This document shows positions 36,029 through 44,912 of a stretch of DNA of 64,000 nt, piece by piece. The translations under genes were made by a program, and so were the position numbers. The notes under the pieces were generated by a model. That model was given only the letters and a program-made list of their open reading frames with translations. It was not told the origin of the DNA and did no database searches. Location of the stretch: IMG/VR virus record IMGVR_UViG_3300013383_000017, positions 1 to 64,000 of that record. The stretch is one strand, 5' to 3'. How positions within the stretch are numbered: the first letter of the stretch is position 1; each line of letters begins with the position of its first letter. Source of the stretch: a virus. Taxonomy: Duplodnaviria > Caudoviricetes.

Positions 36029-36654
36029 TAATTATTTAATTCAATCCTAAATACCTCGCTCTTGTAGTATCCGCAACTCTCCCTTTCGGGACATCTCCCT
36101 CGATAGATGCAGTTCGGCACCATCATTGCTCCCATATCGGGGTCTTGCTCGGTTATTGCTTTCTTGACCAGCGTCCAAGCCTGCCGCGTTTCGGGACTTG
36201 CGCAACTACAAAGTCGCTTCCTGCTTATGTTTATAAGCGTTTGAGCGTTGACATAAAAGTCCTGCTCGTTGCGCTCTCCCTGCAACATAAAGTCCCTTGC
36301 CCTCCAATCCAAATACTGCTCTGCATCCGCTTTCAGTATCTGCATCACCTTTTCCGTCTGCTTCGCCACTGCCTTGTTCCTATCCTCTCTCTGCGAATGG
36401 ATGAACGGAAGTGTATGCTCGTGCCTTAACAAGTGCACACCTACCCACTGACGCAAATTTTTGAAACTTATCCGATACTCAACTAACTTTATTTGTGAGT
36501 GCTCCGCAAAAAGGGACATCCGCTTCCATTCGGCGGATGGCTCTTTCTTTATTGGCTCTTTCCCTGCCGTTCTTCTCGCGGCATTCAAAGCCCTATTCCA
36601 CGAGGTCTCCTGTATAACCTCTACTGACAACTGCTTTTCCATTGCCCTTGACAA
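36007..36654 (-). CDS. thyX: FAD-dependent thymidylate synthase
   Basis: AEHS, HLLRH....HSQR, NAQ.LI..SRKRLC..A..E and PNCIYRG.CPE motifs. Confidence 0.8.
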   Translation of the reverse strand: MSRAMEKQLSVEVIQETSWNRALNAARRTAGKEPIKKEPSAEWKRMSLFAEHSQIKLVEYRISFKNLRQWVGVHLLRHEHTLPFIHSQREDRNKAVAKQTEKVMQILKADAEQYLDWRARDFMLQGERNEQDFYVNAQTLINISRKRLCSCASPETRQAWTLVKKAITEQDPDMGAMMVPNCIYRGRCPERESCGYYKSEVFRIELNNYWKLIGR

Positions 36655-36781
36655 ATCTTTTTATAGGCTTCGGGTGCTGTTATCCAATCCCCCTTAAATT
36701 CCCTAAACTTCGCACATAAGTGCAAGTATCGGTTACCACCGCGCAGTCGCTTCCACTGCAAGTATTTGCACCCGTAACACC

Positions 36782-37222
36782 TCATTTCCTATGTGGTATT
36801 GTTACATCCATATCACCACGCCTAAAACGCGGAGCAATTATCCTTATATCTCCACCATTCTCTAACCAATCTATAATTTTCTGACCAACTCCAAAACCTA
36901 TCCCCATAGATGTTCCCGTCGATAGACAATCAAAAGCGACTTTCATCTTTTCTTGTAGGGTATTATCCTTGTAAAACCCAACCAATACGCTCACACTTTC
37001 ATCGCTATCATAGTCGAATATGCCGTTCTTAACACCAATGCAGAAAACATCATTTCCACTCCTGTAAAAAGCACTATATTCGGCATCTTGGTATAGATAT
37101 ATAAAATACTCCTCCGTGCCCTTTAACTCATCGGGTTCATGATAACTTGAAACCCAACCATTCTGCGCTACTGCTGTCATCCCGACCAACAAAGCGACCA
37201 TTATTGCCATTATCTTTTTCAT
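36782..37222 (-). CDS. Secreted protein (Sec signal peptide)
   Basis: MKKIMAIMVALLVGMTAVA|Q. Confidence 0.75.
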   Translation of the reverse strand: MKKIMAIMVALLVGMTAVAQNGWVSSYHEPDELKGTEEYFIYLYQDAEYSAFYRSGNDVFCIGVKNGIFDYDSDESVSVLVGFYKDNTLQEKMKVAFDCLSTGTSMGIGFGVGQKIIDWLENGGDIRIIAPRFRRGDMDVTIPHRK

Positions 37223-37236
37223 ATCTTTTTTTTTAA

Positions 37237-37353
37237 TCCGCTATGGTAGGACTTGAACCTACATCCCTCGCAAATGCGTGCCTGCTTAAAATTTAACTTC
37301 ACTTAAAATTCCCACGCACTCCAAGTGTTCATACCAATTATACCACATAGCGG
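37237..37353 (-). ncRNA. tRNA-like RNA with expanded anticodon arm
   Basis: Acceptor stem CCGCTAT/ATAGCGG, D-arm with TGG, T-arm GTAGG-TTCAAGT-CCTAC; ~60-nt insert in place of the anticodon arm. Confidence 0.7.
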
Positions 37354-37358
37354 ATATG

Positions 37359-37646
37359 TTATTTAATCATTCCACTATCGCATACAACTACATTCCCCAT
37401 TATTACATCCCATATCGGGATTACATTGTAATTCTGAGCAATCATCGTGGCGGTAGTATTGATTTCCGCGCCATTCAGTTTGCCCTCATCATCGATTACC
37501 ATCAAACGATTATTGTCGTTCAACGATAAAATATCTATTACACGGCATCCGATATGCTCGTATAACTCTTCCAAAGAAAAATCAGTGCCGTTCTTTGGAT
37601 TGATTTCTACCACTGCACCTGTGGTCTTGTATAAAAATGCTTTCAT
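37359..37646 (-). CDS. DUF3846-like protein
   Basis: LEEL...IG, MVIDDEGKL, N..AT and I.GNVV motifs. Confidence 0.7.
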   Translation of the reverse strand: MKAFLYKTTGAVVEINPKNGTDFSLEELYEHIGCRVIDILSLNDNNRLMVIDDEGKLNGAEINTTATMIAQNYNVIPIWDVIMGNVVVCDSGMIK

Positions 37647-37755
37647 TTTTTTTTATTAATATTTTAAAAAGGGCGTTGTGAGTATTCCAAGACTTATTCC
37701 CCACAAAGAGTTGTCCAAAATCACCTCTTGCACTCTCTTCCGACCGCCTTTTATG

Positions 37756-38034
37756 TTACCGGGTTTTGCGCCATGCGTGCCAATGCATGGCTCCATCCCT
37801 CGAAAAGTAAGTCTCCCTCTCCCAATTCATTCCTCCCTTTTCCGGAACGAATGCATCAACCTGCACCCTGCCTCTCTCTGCCCGGTCTGAACACCCGTTT
37901 TTCCGCATGCAGTCCCGGACAAACTGCATTGCAGTTTCGAGAGAGAAGTGGTCGAAGTCTCCCTCGAACCACCCCTCTCTAAAAAACATATTTCCTTGGG
38001 TAAAGAACATTACCCAAACCCTCATTGTATTCAT
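37756..38034 (-). CDS. Hypothetical protein (start MNTMR)
   Basis: First ORF after a long structured leader. Confidence 0.55.
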   Translation of the reverse strand: MNTMRVWVMFFTQGNMFFREGWFEGDFDHFSLETAMQFVRDCMRKNGCSDRAERGRVQVDAFVPEKGGMNWERETYFSRDGAMHWHAWRKTR

Positions 38035-38467
38035 ATTTCCTCCTTTTTTAATGGTTATTAAATTGCCGTCTTTCCGTGCTGCCAAATACACTAACTCTCT
38101 TCTCCACTTTGGTAATGCATCTCTCCCTTGTGGTGCAGCAAGTTTTTATTAAGAGTTCTTGCAACTCTTTATCTTTCTTAAAAATGTCTGTCTTTCCAGA
38201 CTGCCAAATGCACAAACCATCTTGTCCGCTCTGATAATGCATCTCTTTCTCACGGCGCAGCCCCTTGTCACCCTTCATGAGCACTGGGATAACTTTAAGG
38301 TTATCATTCTACCTTTTTTTAGATGGTGAGGTTTCCATCACACGACTATTTCAAGTCGTCTCCAAGATTACACATGCTATTGGGTATTTATAGCACCTTG
38401 ACCTCTCGGAGTATATTTTTCAGGATTTCAATCCGTCATTTTTCAGACTTCCGCGTTGTTTGTATTG

Positions 38468-38499
38468 CAAAGGTATAACGAATATTTGAATTATGCAAA
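38468..38499 (-). promoter_or_regulatory. Promoter TTTGCATAATTCAAA...TACCTTTG
   Basis: Same motif as the promoters at 3458, 30233 and 31218. Confidence 0.8.
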
Positions 38500-38504
38500 T
38501 ATTT

Positions 38505-38918
38505 TTAGAAAAAATTATACTCTTTTTTTAACTTTTTTATCGTGACATCATTCTTCTCCTTGATTTTCATACCCTTACGAGTTGGTGCGTGCTCCCATAA
38601 ATTATGACAACTTATACACAACATATTCGTATTTCGTGGGTCGTGTGCCATTTCGGGGTGCGCCCCCCTCGTTAAAATATGGCTAACATTAAATGCAGAC
38701 GGCCAATATAACGGCTTTCCACACTCCTCGCAGATATGCGGCTTGTGCTCTATTACCCATTTGTAAAACTTCGCATTGCCCTCCGCGTTATTCTTGCCAA
38801 AAAGCCGTTTCTGCACGCTTATCCGCAACTCGTGGCTCATTGGTAGTCTTTCGTCTATAAGTGGCTCATAGCCCCTCTTTTGGGCGTATAAATACTCCTC
38901 GTCAGTCGTTAATAGCAT
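38505..38918 (-). CDS. HNH / NinG-like nuclease
   Basis: CEECG, SHI, N..MLC.SCH motifs. Confidence 0.7.
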   Translation of the reverse strand: MLLTTDEEYLYAQKRGYEPLIDERLPMSHELRISVQKRLFGKNNAEGNAKFYKWVIEHKPHICEECGKPLYWPSAFNVSHILTRGAHPEMAHDPRNTNMLCISCHNLWEHAPTRKGMKIKEKNDVTIKKLKKEYNFF

Positions 38919-39327
38919 CGTTGATTATCGTATAATAATTTTCAGCCCCATATCTCTGTACCCAAGCAATCGCTTCAACCGCTTCCGCAGTGTCTAATTC
39001 TTCCCACTCCCTCACCCTTACTTTCCACTTCCCCTCCTCTCTTATCTCCTCGCAGAAGACAGGGCACTCCCTCCGTATCTTGTCGTATACTCCCTGCTCC
39101 GTCAAGTCCTCTCCGTTCTCGTACATTGCCCTCTGCATCTCCTGCAAGACATACCCGAAAAAATAGGCTTTCATCTTCTTGCTCGGCTCCTTGCTCTGTA
39201 TCTCCGCTCGCAGAATTATATTGCAGTTGGGATGCAGTTTGCAGAACTCCTCTAACTCTGCCCACCGCATCCCTAACTCTCCCTTACTGTCTATCTTGCC
39301 CCATAGGGTCTTCTTTCGCACTCTCAT
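38902..39327 (-). CDS. NinB-like recombination accessory protein
   Basis: S.KMKAYFFGYV motif; adjacent to the NinG-like gene. Confidence 0.5.
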   Translation of the reverse strand: MRVRKKTLWGKIDSKGELGMRWAELEEFCKLHPNCNIILRAEIQSKEPSKKMKAYFFGYVLQEMQRAMYENGEDLTEQGVYDKIRRECPVFCEEIREEGKWKVRVREWEELDTAEAVEAIAWVQRYGAENYYTIINDAIND

Positions 39328-39487
39328 TCAATATCTCCTTTATCTTCTCTCGCATTCGCAGTGCTTGCGCGAATGTTTCAAAGTAATTCCCACTTTTCTT
39401 CAACTCTCTCTCCCAAGATAGATTATCACTGCTACTCTCTATCTCTCCGAATACATTTAGCCAATATATCTTTTTATCTTCTGCCAT
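39284..39487 (-). CDS. Hypothetical protein
   Basis: GNYFET..QA motif common in phage small proteins. Confidence 0.6.
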   Translation of the reverse strand: MAEDKKIYWLNVFGEIESSSDNLSWERELKKSGNYFETFAQALRMREKIKEILNESAKEDPMGQDRQ

Positions 39488-39732
39488 AGTGTTTCCTCCT
39501 TTTTCTTTTCGGGGATGTAATAGGTCGCAAATCTGACTATCTTACCCGTCTTTTTTGATTTCATCGTCTTGAATTCCGTTACTACCTCGATACCCTCCTC
39601 CCTCAACGCCTTTCGTACTCTCGATATTACCGCAGTGTGGTTGCCTATGCCGTAATCGAATAACATATTTAATTGCGTTAGCGTCTTGCCCTCTAATAGG
39701 GCTTGTTTGGTTATTTCGTTTTGATTTTCCAT
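39457..39732 (-). CDS. Winged-HTH DNA-binding protein
   Basis: LL.GK.LT.L...YGI...A.ISR.R and K.RFATY motifs. Confidence 0.6.
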   Translation of the reverse strand: MENQNEITKQALLEGKTLTQLNMLFDYGIGNHTAVISRVRKALREEGIEVVTEFKTMKSKKTGKIVRFATYYIPEKKKEETLWQKIKRYIG

Positions 39733-39736
39733 TGTG

Positions 39737-40147
39737 TTATATTTTAATGTTATCTGCTTTTTCCGCAATTCCATTGCACCTCATAAGATGTTGCAATTCG
39801 TGGAGGTAATGTATAGGTAACTCTTCTCCATACATATCGTAATTAACATAAATCCCATCATCATATACCATAAGACTAAAATAATTATAATAACCCTCTA
39901 TTGCATATTCCCACTCACAATCAATGTTAGATGGGTGCTTATAGCCAGCCTTGGCTAACACATCCTTTGTTAGTGGTATGCCATAACATGGGTAATCTTT
40001 GTCGTCAAACTCCCACGGGTCGCCCTCGTTGCCCTCAAAGTTAGCGTAACAATAATTCTCTCCCACCATTTCTATCTGCATCGGAAATCCGTGCTCGTCC
40101 ATTATCCAATCCCCTACCATAAGGGATGCACATTTAATCTCGTTCAT
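39737..40147 (-). CDS. YopX-like hypothetical protein
   Basis: LMVGDW...IPLT...YLHELQ. Confidence 0.65.
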   Translation of the reverse strand: MNEIKCASLMVGDWIMDEHGFPMQIEMVGENYCYANFEGNEGDPWEFDDKDYPCYGIPLTKDVLAKAGYKHPSNIDCEWEYAIEGYYNYFSLMVYDDGIYVNYDMYGEELPIHYLHELQHLMRCNGIAEKADNIKI

Positions 40148-40539
40148 ATCCTAAACCAATTTGCTAAATCGTTATACCCCATTACTCTTAATATATTCTG
40201 CAATTCGTGTACGGATGCAAAAGTTGCTACCTCATTACTGCCATGCCACATATTATCGATAGATGAGAAAATAACATAAATGTCCGCATTGAGTTCTTTT
40301 TTGATGAAAATTGGTTCACTACATGTCCAATAATCAATACACTTAATTAAATTCTTATCTAATATATCAGGAGTAACAACTATTTTACCGACTTTCTCGA
40401 TAGGGACATCCTCGATAGCATTTATTGTTTCTATCGCTATGTAATTTTTATTTATTCCCTCGACCTTTCCGTATAGATAATTAGATGTCATTGTTTCAAA
40501 TTCCACCCAATCTCCTACCATCAACTCAGTTATTTTCAT
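40144..40539 (-). CDS. YopX-like hypothetical protein (tandem paralog)
   Basis: LMVGDW...SVHELQN. Confidence 0.65.
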   Translation of the reverse strand: MKITELMVGDWVEFETMTSNYLYGKVEGINKNYIAIETINAIEDVPIEKVGKIVVTPDILDKNLIKCIDYWTCSEPIFIKKELNADIYVIFSSIDNMWHGSNEVATFASVHELQNILRVMGYNDLANWFRI

Positions 40540-40621
40540 CTGTTATCTTCTGTATTTCCTGTTCATAGCACCAATCTTGCAGTGTGCCAACCATTAACCC
40601 ACCTTGCCTTATTTTCATTTC

Positions 40622-40891
40622 TTAACCCTCCGAATTCGGTGTGTTTAACCTCTCATATTTTAGTTCATCTATCTCTCCATCCCAAACCTTTCCATCTTTT
40701 GTTTCAATATTATCATCTTCGTTGTAATGCCAACAATTGGGGCAATACCACTTACCACCTCTTTCTGTCCAATCAGAGTTCTCTGCATTAAACTTTGCTC
40801 CATCTTTATCCGAAGTCCAATACTCATCGTTAAGTATTTCTCCACAACAATCACATCTCATATTGAAGAAGTATTCTCTTATTATTCCCAT
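40622..40891 (-). CDS. Zinc-ribbon protein
   Basis: CDCCG...W...YCPNC. Confidence 0.65.
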   Translation of the reverse strand: MGIIREYFFNMRCDCCGEILNDEYWTSDKDGAKFNAENSDWTERGGKWYCPNCWHYNEDDNIETKDGKVWDGEIDELKYERLNTPNSEG

Positions 40892-40956
40892 ATCCCTATT
40901 TCTTTAATTCTTCGATAAGTGCATCGGCTAATTTTATAGCACCTCTTGCAGTAGTG

Positions 40957-41175
40957 TTATAATTTTAATTCTATATATGGTAAGCCATCCAAACCCTTAT
41001 ATTCTTTTGCATCTTCAGACCAGTCTACTTCTTCCTTTATCATATCAATTAGATAATCCTTGTCATATCTTGCTATAAGTTGCATTATTACATCTCGTAA
41101 TTCTGCATTGGTTAAATCTTGTGCTCGGACATGGTCAATGATAAGAGTACCATTTATAATGCTTGTTATTTTCAT
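40957..41175 (-). CDS. Hypothetical protein
   Basis: Operon arrangement. Confidence 0.55.
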   Translation of the reverse strand: MKITSIINGTLIIDHVRAQDLTNAELRDVIMQLIARYDKDYLIDMIKEEVDWSEDAKEYKGLDGLPYIELKL

Positions 41176-41354
41176 AATATGCTATCTATCCTTTCTTTAA
41201 TGTCATCGACTATAAAATCTTCCAAATCATTTGCAAAGTCACGCAAATACTCATCTATAAAACCTAAATCCTGCGAACTACTATCAATAAACTTTTCATA
41301 TATTGCATCCGAATACTTATCTATAAGCCTATCTTTTGCACTCCAATTACCCAT
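41172..41354 (-). CDS. Small acidic hypothetical protein
   Basis: Operon arrangement. Confidence 0.5.
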   Translation of the reverse strand: MGNWSAKDRLIDKYSDAIYEKFIDSSSQDLGFIDEYLRDFANDLEDFIVDDIKERIDSIL

Positions 41355-41356
41355 AT

Positions 41357-41731
41357 TTATTCCTCCCATTCGACTTTAATTGGGACTATATAATCTAGAC
41401 CCACTAACATATAATTCGATGCAACTTCTTTTGTGGGGTATATCTCACTATCTGCAATGATGTATTTACCTTTTCTATCTCTATACATATTCACCCACCC
41501 CTCGTGCTTTTCGGGGGCGAAGAATAAATCTAAAGAACTACTCTCTTCAGCATAATATGCCCCATTTGGGTAATAACTCTGTATATATTCCTTTCCCCCA
41601 TTATCAATTAAAGCTATTACTGGAAGATAATTTTTTGCATCCGTGCAAATTATTCTTGCACTTTTACCATCTCTCGTCACGACTTTGCGTGACGGATTGG
41701 CTAAATACTCTTTTAAGTTAAATTGTTTCAT
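41357..41731 (-). CDS. Conserved Bacteroidota phage protein (VVTRDG..ARIICTD family)
   Basis: Recognisable N-terminal motif; last CpG-containing gene before the composition switch. Confidence 0.75.
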   Translation of the reverse strand: MKQFNLKEYLANPSRKVVTRDGKSARIICTDAKNYLPVIALIDNGGKEYIQSYYPNGAYYAEESSSLDLFFAPEKHEGWVNMYRDRKGKYIIADSEIYPTKEVASNYMLVGLDYIVPIKVEWEE

Positions 41732-41734
41732 ATC

Positions 41735-42109
41735 TTATTTTAATTTTATAACTACTCTACTGAAAAAAAGTTTACTTTTATATGTGTAAGAGCAATAACC
41801 AGAGTTAAGACTTACAATCCACATATTAGATGTATCATATTCTGATGAAGATCCATACCAATCTTGAAGTAAATCTCCATTATGTTTTTTAAGAATATCA
41901 TTAATTTCCTCTTTTTGAAGATATATTTGGAGTAATTCTTTTTTTGTAGCAATCTGTATATTATTCTTTTTTGCATGAATTATATAGTCATGATAAGACA
42001 TTTTTGAGACTTGCTTTTTAAGTAGTATTCTATCAATTAACGGAATATAAACTCCTTGTTGTTCTTCAATCCATTGAGGGGCAATTATTTCTTTAAGATT
42101 TTTATTCAT
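41735..42109 (-). CDS. Hypothetical protein (DUF1566-like C-terminus)
   Basis: WY.SSSEY...W.V motif. Confidence 0.6.
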   Translation of the reverse strand: MNKNLKEIIAPQWIEEQQGVYIPLIDRILLKKQVSKMSYHDYIIHAKKNNIQIATKKELLQIYLQKEEINDILKKHNGDLLQDWYGSSSEYDTSNMWIVSLNSGYCSYTYKSKLFFSRVVIKLK

Positions 42110-42124
42110 AGACTTATATTATTA

Positions 42125-42520
42125 CTATTCTTTAAAGTATTTATCTGAGAGATTGTTAGCCCACTTTTCAGTATAGAAATGATAATAATCACCTTCTTTG
42201 TGGAATGCAGCATGTATAATTGAAGGAATGCCAATGATGAATAAATACAAAGGTCCTAATATCTTACTTTGTATAGTATGTCCAAATTCATGTTTAATAA
42301 TTCTTTTTTTATATTTGGCATATATTTCTTTATAATATATATCACCTATAAAGATAAAATTACCAATAGTAACTCCTCCTTTCATCCAATAACAATAAGA
42401 CACTATTACACCTTGAACTTTTTGTACTGCCATTTTAGGCATTAAAATATATAGCAATCCCCCAATTATTTCTTGGGGAAGTTGCCATATAATTAGTATT
42501 ATGCTTTTAATAATAGACAT
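42125..42520 (-). CDS. Membrane-associated HExxH protein
   Basis: HEFGH.IQS.ILGPLY motif. Confidence 0.7.
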   Translation of the reverse strand: MSIIKSIILIIWQLPQEIIGGLLYILMPKMAVQKVQGVIVSYCYWMKGGVTIGNFIFIGDIYYKEIYAKYKKRIIKHEFGHTIQSKILGPLYLFIIGIPSIIHAAFHKEGDYYHFYTEKWANNLSDKYFKE

Positions 42521-42774
42521 ACTACAATACCAATTAAAATACCTAAAACATTAAATATTACATTATGAACAGTAGCCTTTTTATCTTGATGTTTAAAGGT
42601 AATATCATAACCCTCTTTAAAAGCAGCACAAAATACTGCTACCATAGTACCAGCAATAGGAAACACTGCTGTATCAATTAATGCAAATGTTATAATGATT
42701 GCATAACATACTAAAAAATGCAGCAATCCATCCACTGCTACATATTGTTTAATTTTACTAAAAAATTTTTTCAT
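42499..42774 (-). CDS. Small multi-TM membrane protein (DGLLHF family)
   Basis: Homolog of 4281-4553. Confidence 0.7.
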   Translation of the reverse strand: MKKFFSKIKQYVAVDGLLHFLVCYAIIITFALIDTAVFPIAGTMVAVFCAAFKEGYDITFKHQDKKATVHNVIFNVLGILIGIVVCLLLKA

Positions 42775-42801
42775 ATTATATCATAATAATTATTTAAAAA
42801 T

Positions 42802-43452
42802 TTAACATAAATATCCTATAATTCTAATATCATCATAAGAAGGAAATAAAGTATCAACTATAATATTATCTATTAAATAATAAATAGAAGATATAAAATT
42901 ATCTACTATTAAGTAATCCTCAAGATAATCTTCTTTTACTTCTTTTAAATATTCTATTTCTTCTTTATCTATATCTATTGGTTTTTCTGTTTCTATATTT
43001 AATTTACTAGCCATTTCAGATAGTATTTTATATATAGAATCATATAGATAAGTTAATTTGTAGTATTCTTTACTATTATCATCATATTGCTCTTTTATTT
43101 TATTTCTTTCTTTATTTAATTCTTCTAAAGTGCAATATGAAGAGTAGTATCCTTCTTCTTCTGGTAGTATTACTTTTGCTTCTTCTGATATATCTTTTGG
43201 AAATCCTTTATTACTAAAAGAACTATTTCTAAATAAATCTCTTATTATACCTTGAATATAAAAAGAGTCTGTTTTCTTTAATTTTATATCAGAAGTTGTA
43301 ATATCTGGTGGTATTACTTCTGATATCCATTTTTTCTTTTCTTCATCATAATATGATGTGCTTTTTTCAATATAAGAACTAAAGGTTTTTACGAGATTCC
43401 ATTTACCTTTTTTATCCTTATATTCAATAACATAATGTAAATAAGTACTCAT
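42802..43452 (-). CDS. Hypothetical protein
   Basis: 216 aa; GFPKD.S and SY.TL.EL motifs. Confidence 0.7.
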   Translation of the reverse strand: MSTYLHYVIEYKDKKGKWNLVKTFSSYIEKSTSYYDEEKKKWISEVIPPDITTSDIKLKKTDSFYIQGIIRDLFRNSSFSNKGFPKDISEEAKVILPEEEGYYSSYCTLEELNKERNKIKEQYDDNSKEYYKLTYLYDSIYKILSEMASKLNIETEKPIDIDKEEIEYLKEVKEDYLEDYLIVDNFISSIYYLIDNIIVDTLFPSYDDIRIIGYLC

Positions 43453-43481
43453 TTTTTATTATTTTTATTGTTTATAATTAG

Positions 43482-43566
43482 TGCTCCCAGTGAGACTCGA
43501 ACTCACACGACCATTTCTGATCAAGGGATTTTAAGTCCCTCTTGGCTTCCATTTCAACATGAGAGC
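43482..43566 (-). tRNA. tRNA-Leu (anticodon TAA)
   Basis: GCTCTCA/TGGGAGC acceptor, AGGGA-CTTAAAA-TCCCT anticodon arm, long variable arm, GTTCGAGT T-loop. Confidence 0.9.
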
Positions 43567-43578
43567 AAGATAAGAAGT

Positions 43579-44019
43579 TTATATATTATTAAAACTTCTT
43601 ATTTCTATAAGTAGATTAGTGTTATCTACTTTTAAAAATTCATATATTATAGTATTATTTTTATTTGATAACCACTCTAAATCTGTGTTTTTATCACCGG
43701 GTATTGTATTACCCCACATTATATTTTCACTATCTATTAATAATAGTGCAGCAGTTGTAGTATGGTCTACACTATTATTATGTTTGTAATACTTTTTAAT
43801 AAAAGTATAGACACTATCATCTGCTACTACTGTTTGTATTTTTAGATAGTTAAGTGCAAATATTGTAGTATTTTCATCTGATGGATACATTATTATATTA
43901 CCATCTTGAATACAATATAAACAAAGAGTGTCTTCTGTATATTCAGCACCCCAACCTTCTTGTGCTTTTCCTATATATATAGATAGAAAAAGTAGTATTA
44001 TTGTTATTATCTTTTTCAT
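43579..44019 (-). CDS. Secreted protein (signal peptide)
   Basis: MKKIITIILLFLSIYIGKA|Q. Confidence 0.65.
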   Translation of the reverse strand: MKKIITIILLFLSIYIGKAQEGWGAEYTEDTLCLYCIQDGNIIMYPSDENTTIFALNYLKIQTVVADDSVYTFIKKYYKHNNSVDHTTTAALLLIDSENIMWGNTIPGDKNTDLEWLSNKNNTIIYEFLKVDNTNLLIEIRSFNNI

Positions 44020-44023
44020 TGTA

Positions 44024-44212
44024 CTAATGTTTTAATTTTGTAATTAGTAATAATATAGGTGAAGATAAAAATAATAAGATATGAGCAAAAACTTTACCTA
44101 TCTTAGGACTATTATACTTTAATGCTGTTTTATTAATAGTAGCAGTAATAATATCAATATTAGTATTGTATATTATAAGACAAATAATAAGATATGTATA
44201 TAAAAGTATCAT
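44024..44212 (-). CDS. Small membrane protein
   Basis: Two hydrophobic segments. Confidence 0.5.
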   Translation of the reverse strand: MILLYTYLIICLIIYNTNIDIITATINKTALKYNSPKIGKVFAHILLFLSSPILLLITKLKH

Positions 44213-44330
44213 TTTGATATTTTTTTAAAAGTTTCCTTACTATTTAGTTTTTCATAGATTAAGATAGGATATATTACAACCAACAAGAACAGAAATATAT
44301 AATAGTAAGGAAACTTAGATATGTATAATA

Positions 44331-44912
44331 CTAAAGAAGTATGCTGGCTTCTTTAATTAGATTATGAAAAGTAAAAGAAAACTGTTTTGCTGTTTTATAA
44401 TCTGGAAAAGACAGCCCATTATAATCTGTATTATTTATATCTGTTTTAATATTAATAATATCATTTTCATAAATTATTTTGTAATTATTCACAGCAGAAT
44501 CTGGTTCTATCCAAGATTCTCTTAGATTCATAAGTTTCATATATGCAATAAATGCCTTGCATAGTTCTTCAGACATTATATTTGCATCTGATAATCCTAA
44601 TTTATAGTTAGAATGCACCTTACGAATATCACAAAACTCAGTAATATAATATTTATCCACTCCTGCTTTTCTCTCACAGTATTCTTCCCAAGATTTTGGT
44701 CTTTCATTGGATTCATACCATTTAATATATTCTTTATTTCTTTTACCCCACACATCATAACCTTGTGGTGTATCCTTAAAAATAAATGCATTTAAAATAA
44801 AACCATTATCATAGTGCAGAACCTCAGCACCATATTTACAATAATTCTCATAAAATTCATTTTTCCATGATTGGTTATCCAACCAATTTAAGATTTGTTT
44901 TTTTGTTATCAT
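44331..44912 (-). CDS. Hypothetical protein (start MITKK), paralog of 45001-45552
   Basis: Shared QIL.W....W..F, KSW.E.C, AY..L..LR..W and YNGLSFP motifs. Confidence 0.7.
   Translation of the reverse strand: MITKKQILNWLDNQSWKNEFYENYCKYGAEVLHYDNGFILNAFIFKDTPQGYDVWGKRNKEYIKWYESNERPKSWEEYCERKAGVDKYYITEFCDIRKVHSNYKLGLSDANIMSEELCKAFIAYMKLMNLRESWIEPDSAVNNYKIIYENDIINIKTDINNTDYNGLSFPDYKTAKQFSFTFHNLIKEASILL

Noticed and set aside
38400-38450. Hammerhead ribozyme in the long leader
   Set aside because: CTGAAAA does not match the CUGANGA core, and I could not build the three stems.
1-41730. Integrated prophage with att sites
   Set aside because: No integrase, repressor, host genes or att-like repeats are visible, so lifestyle cannot be determined from this window.
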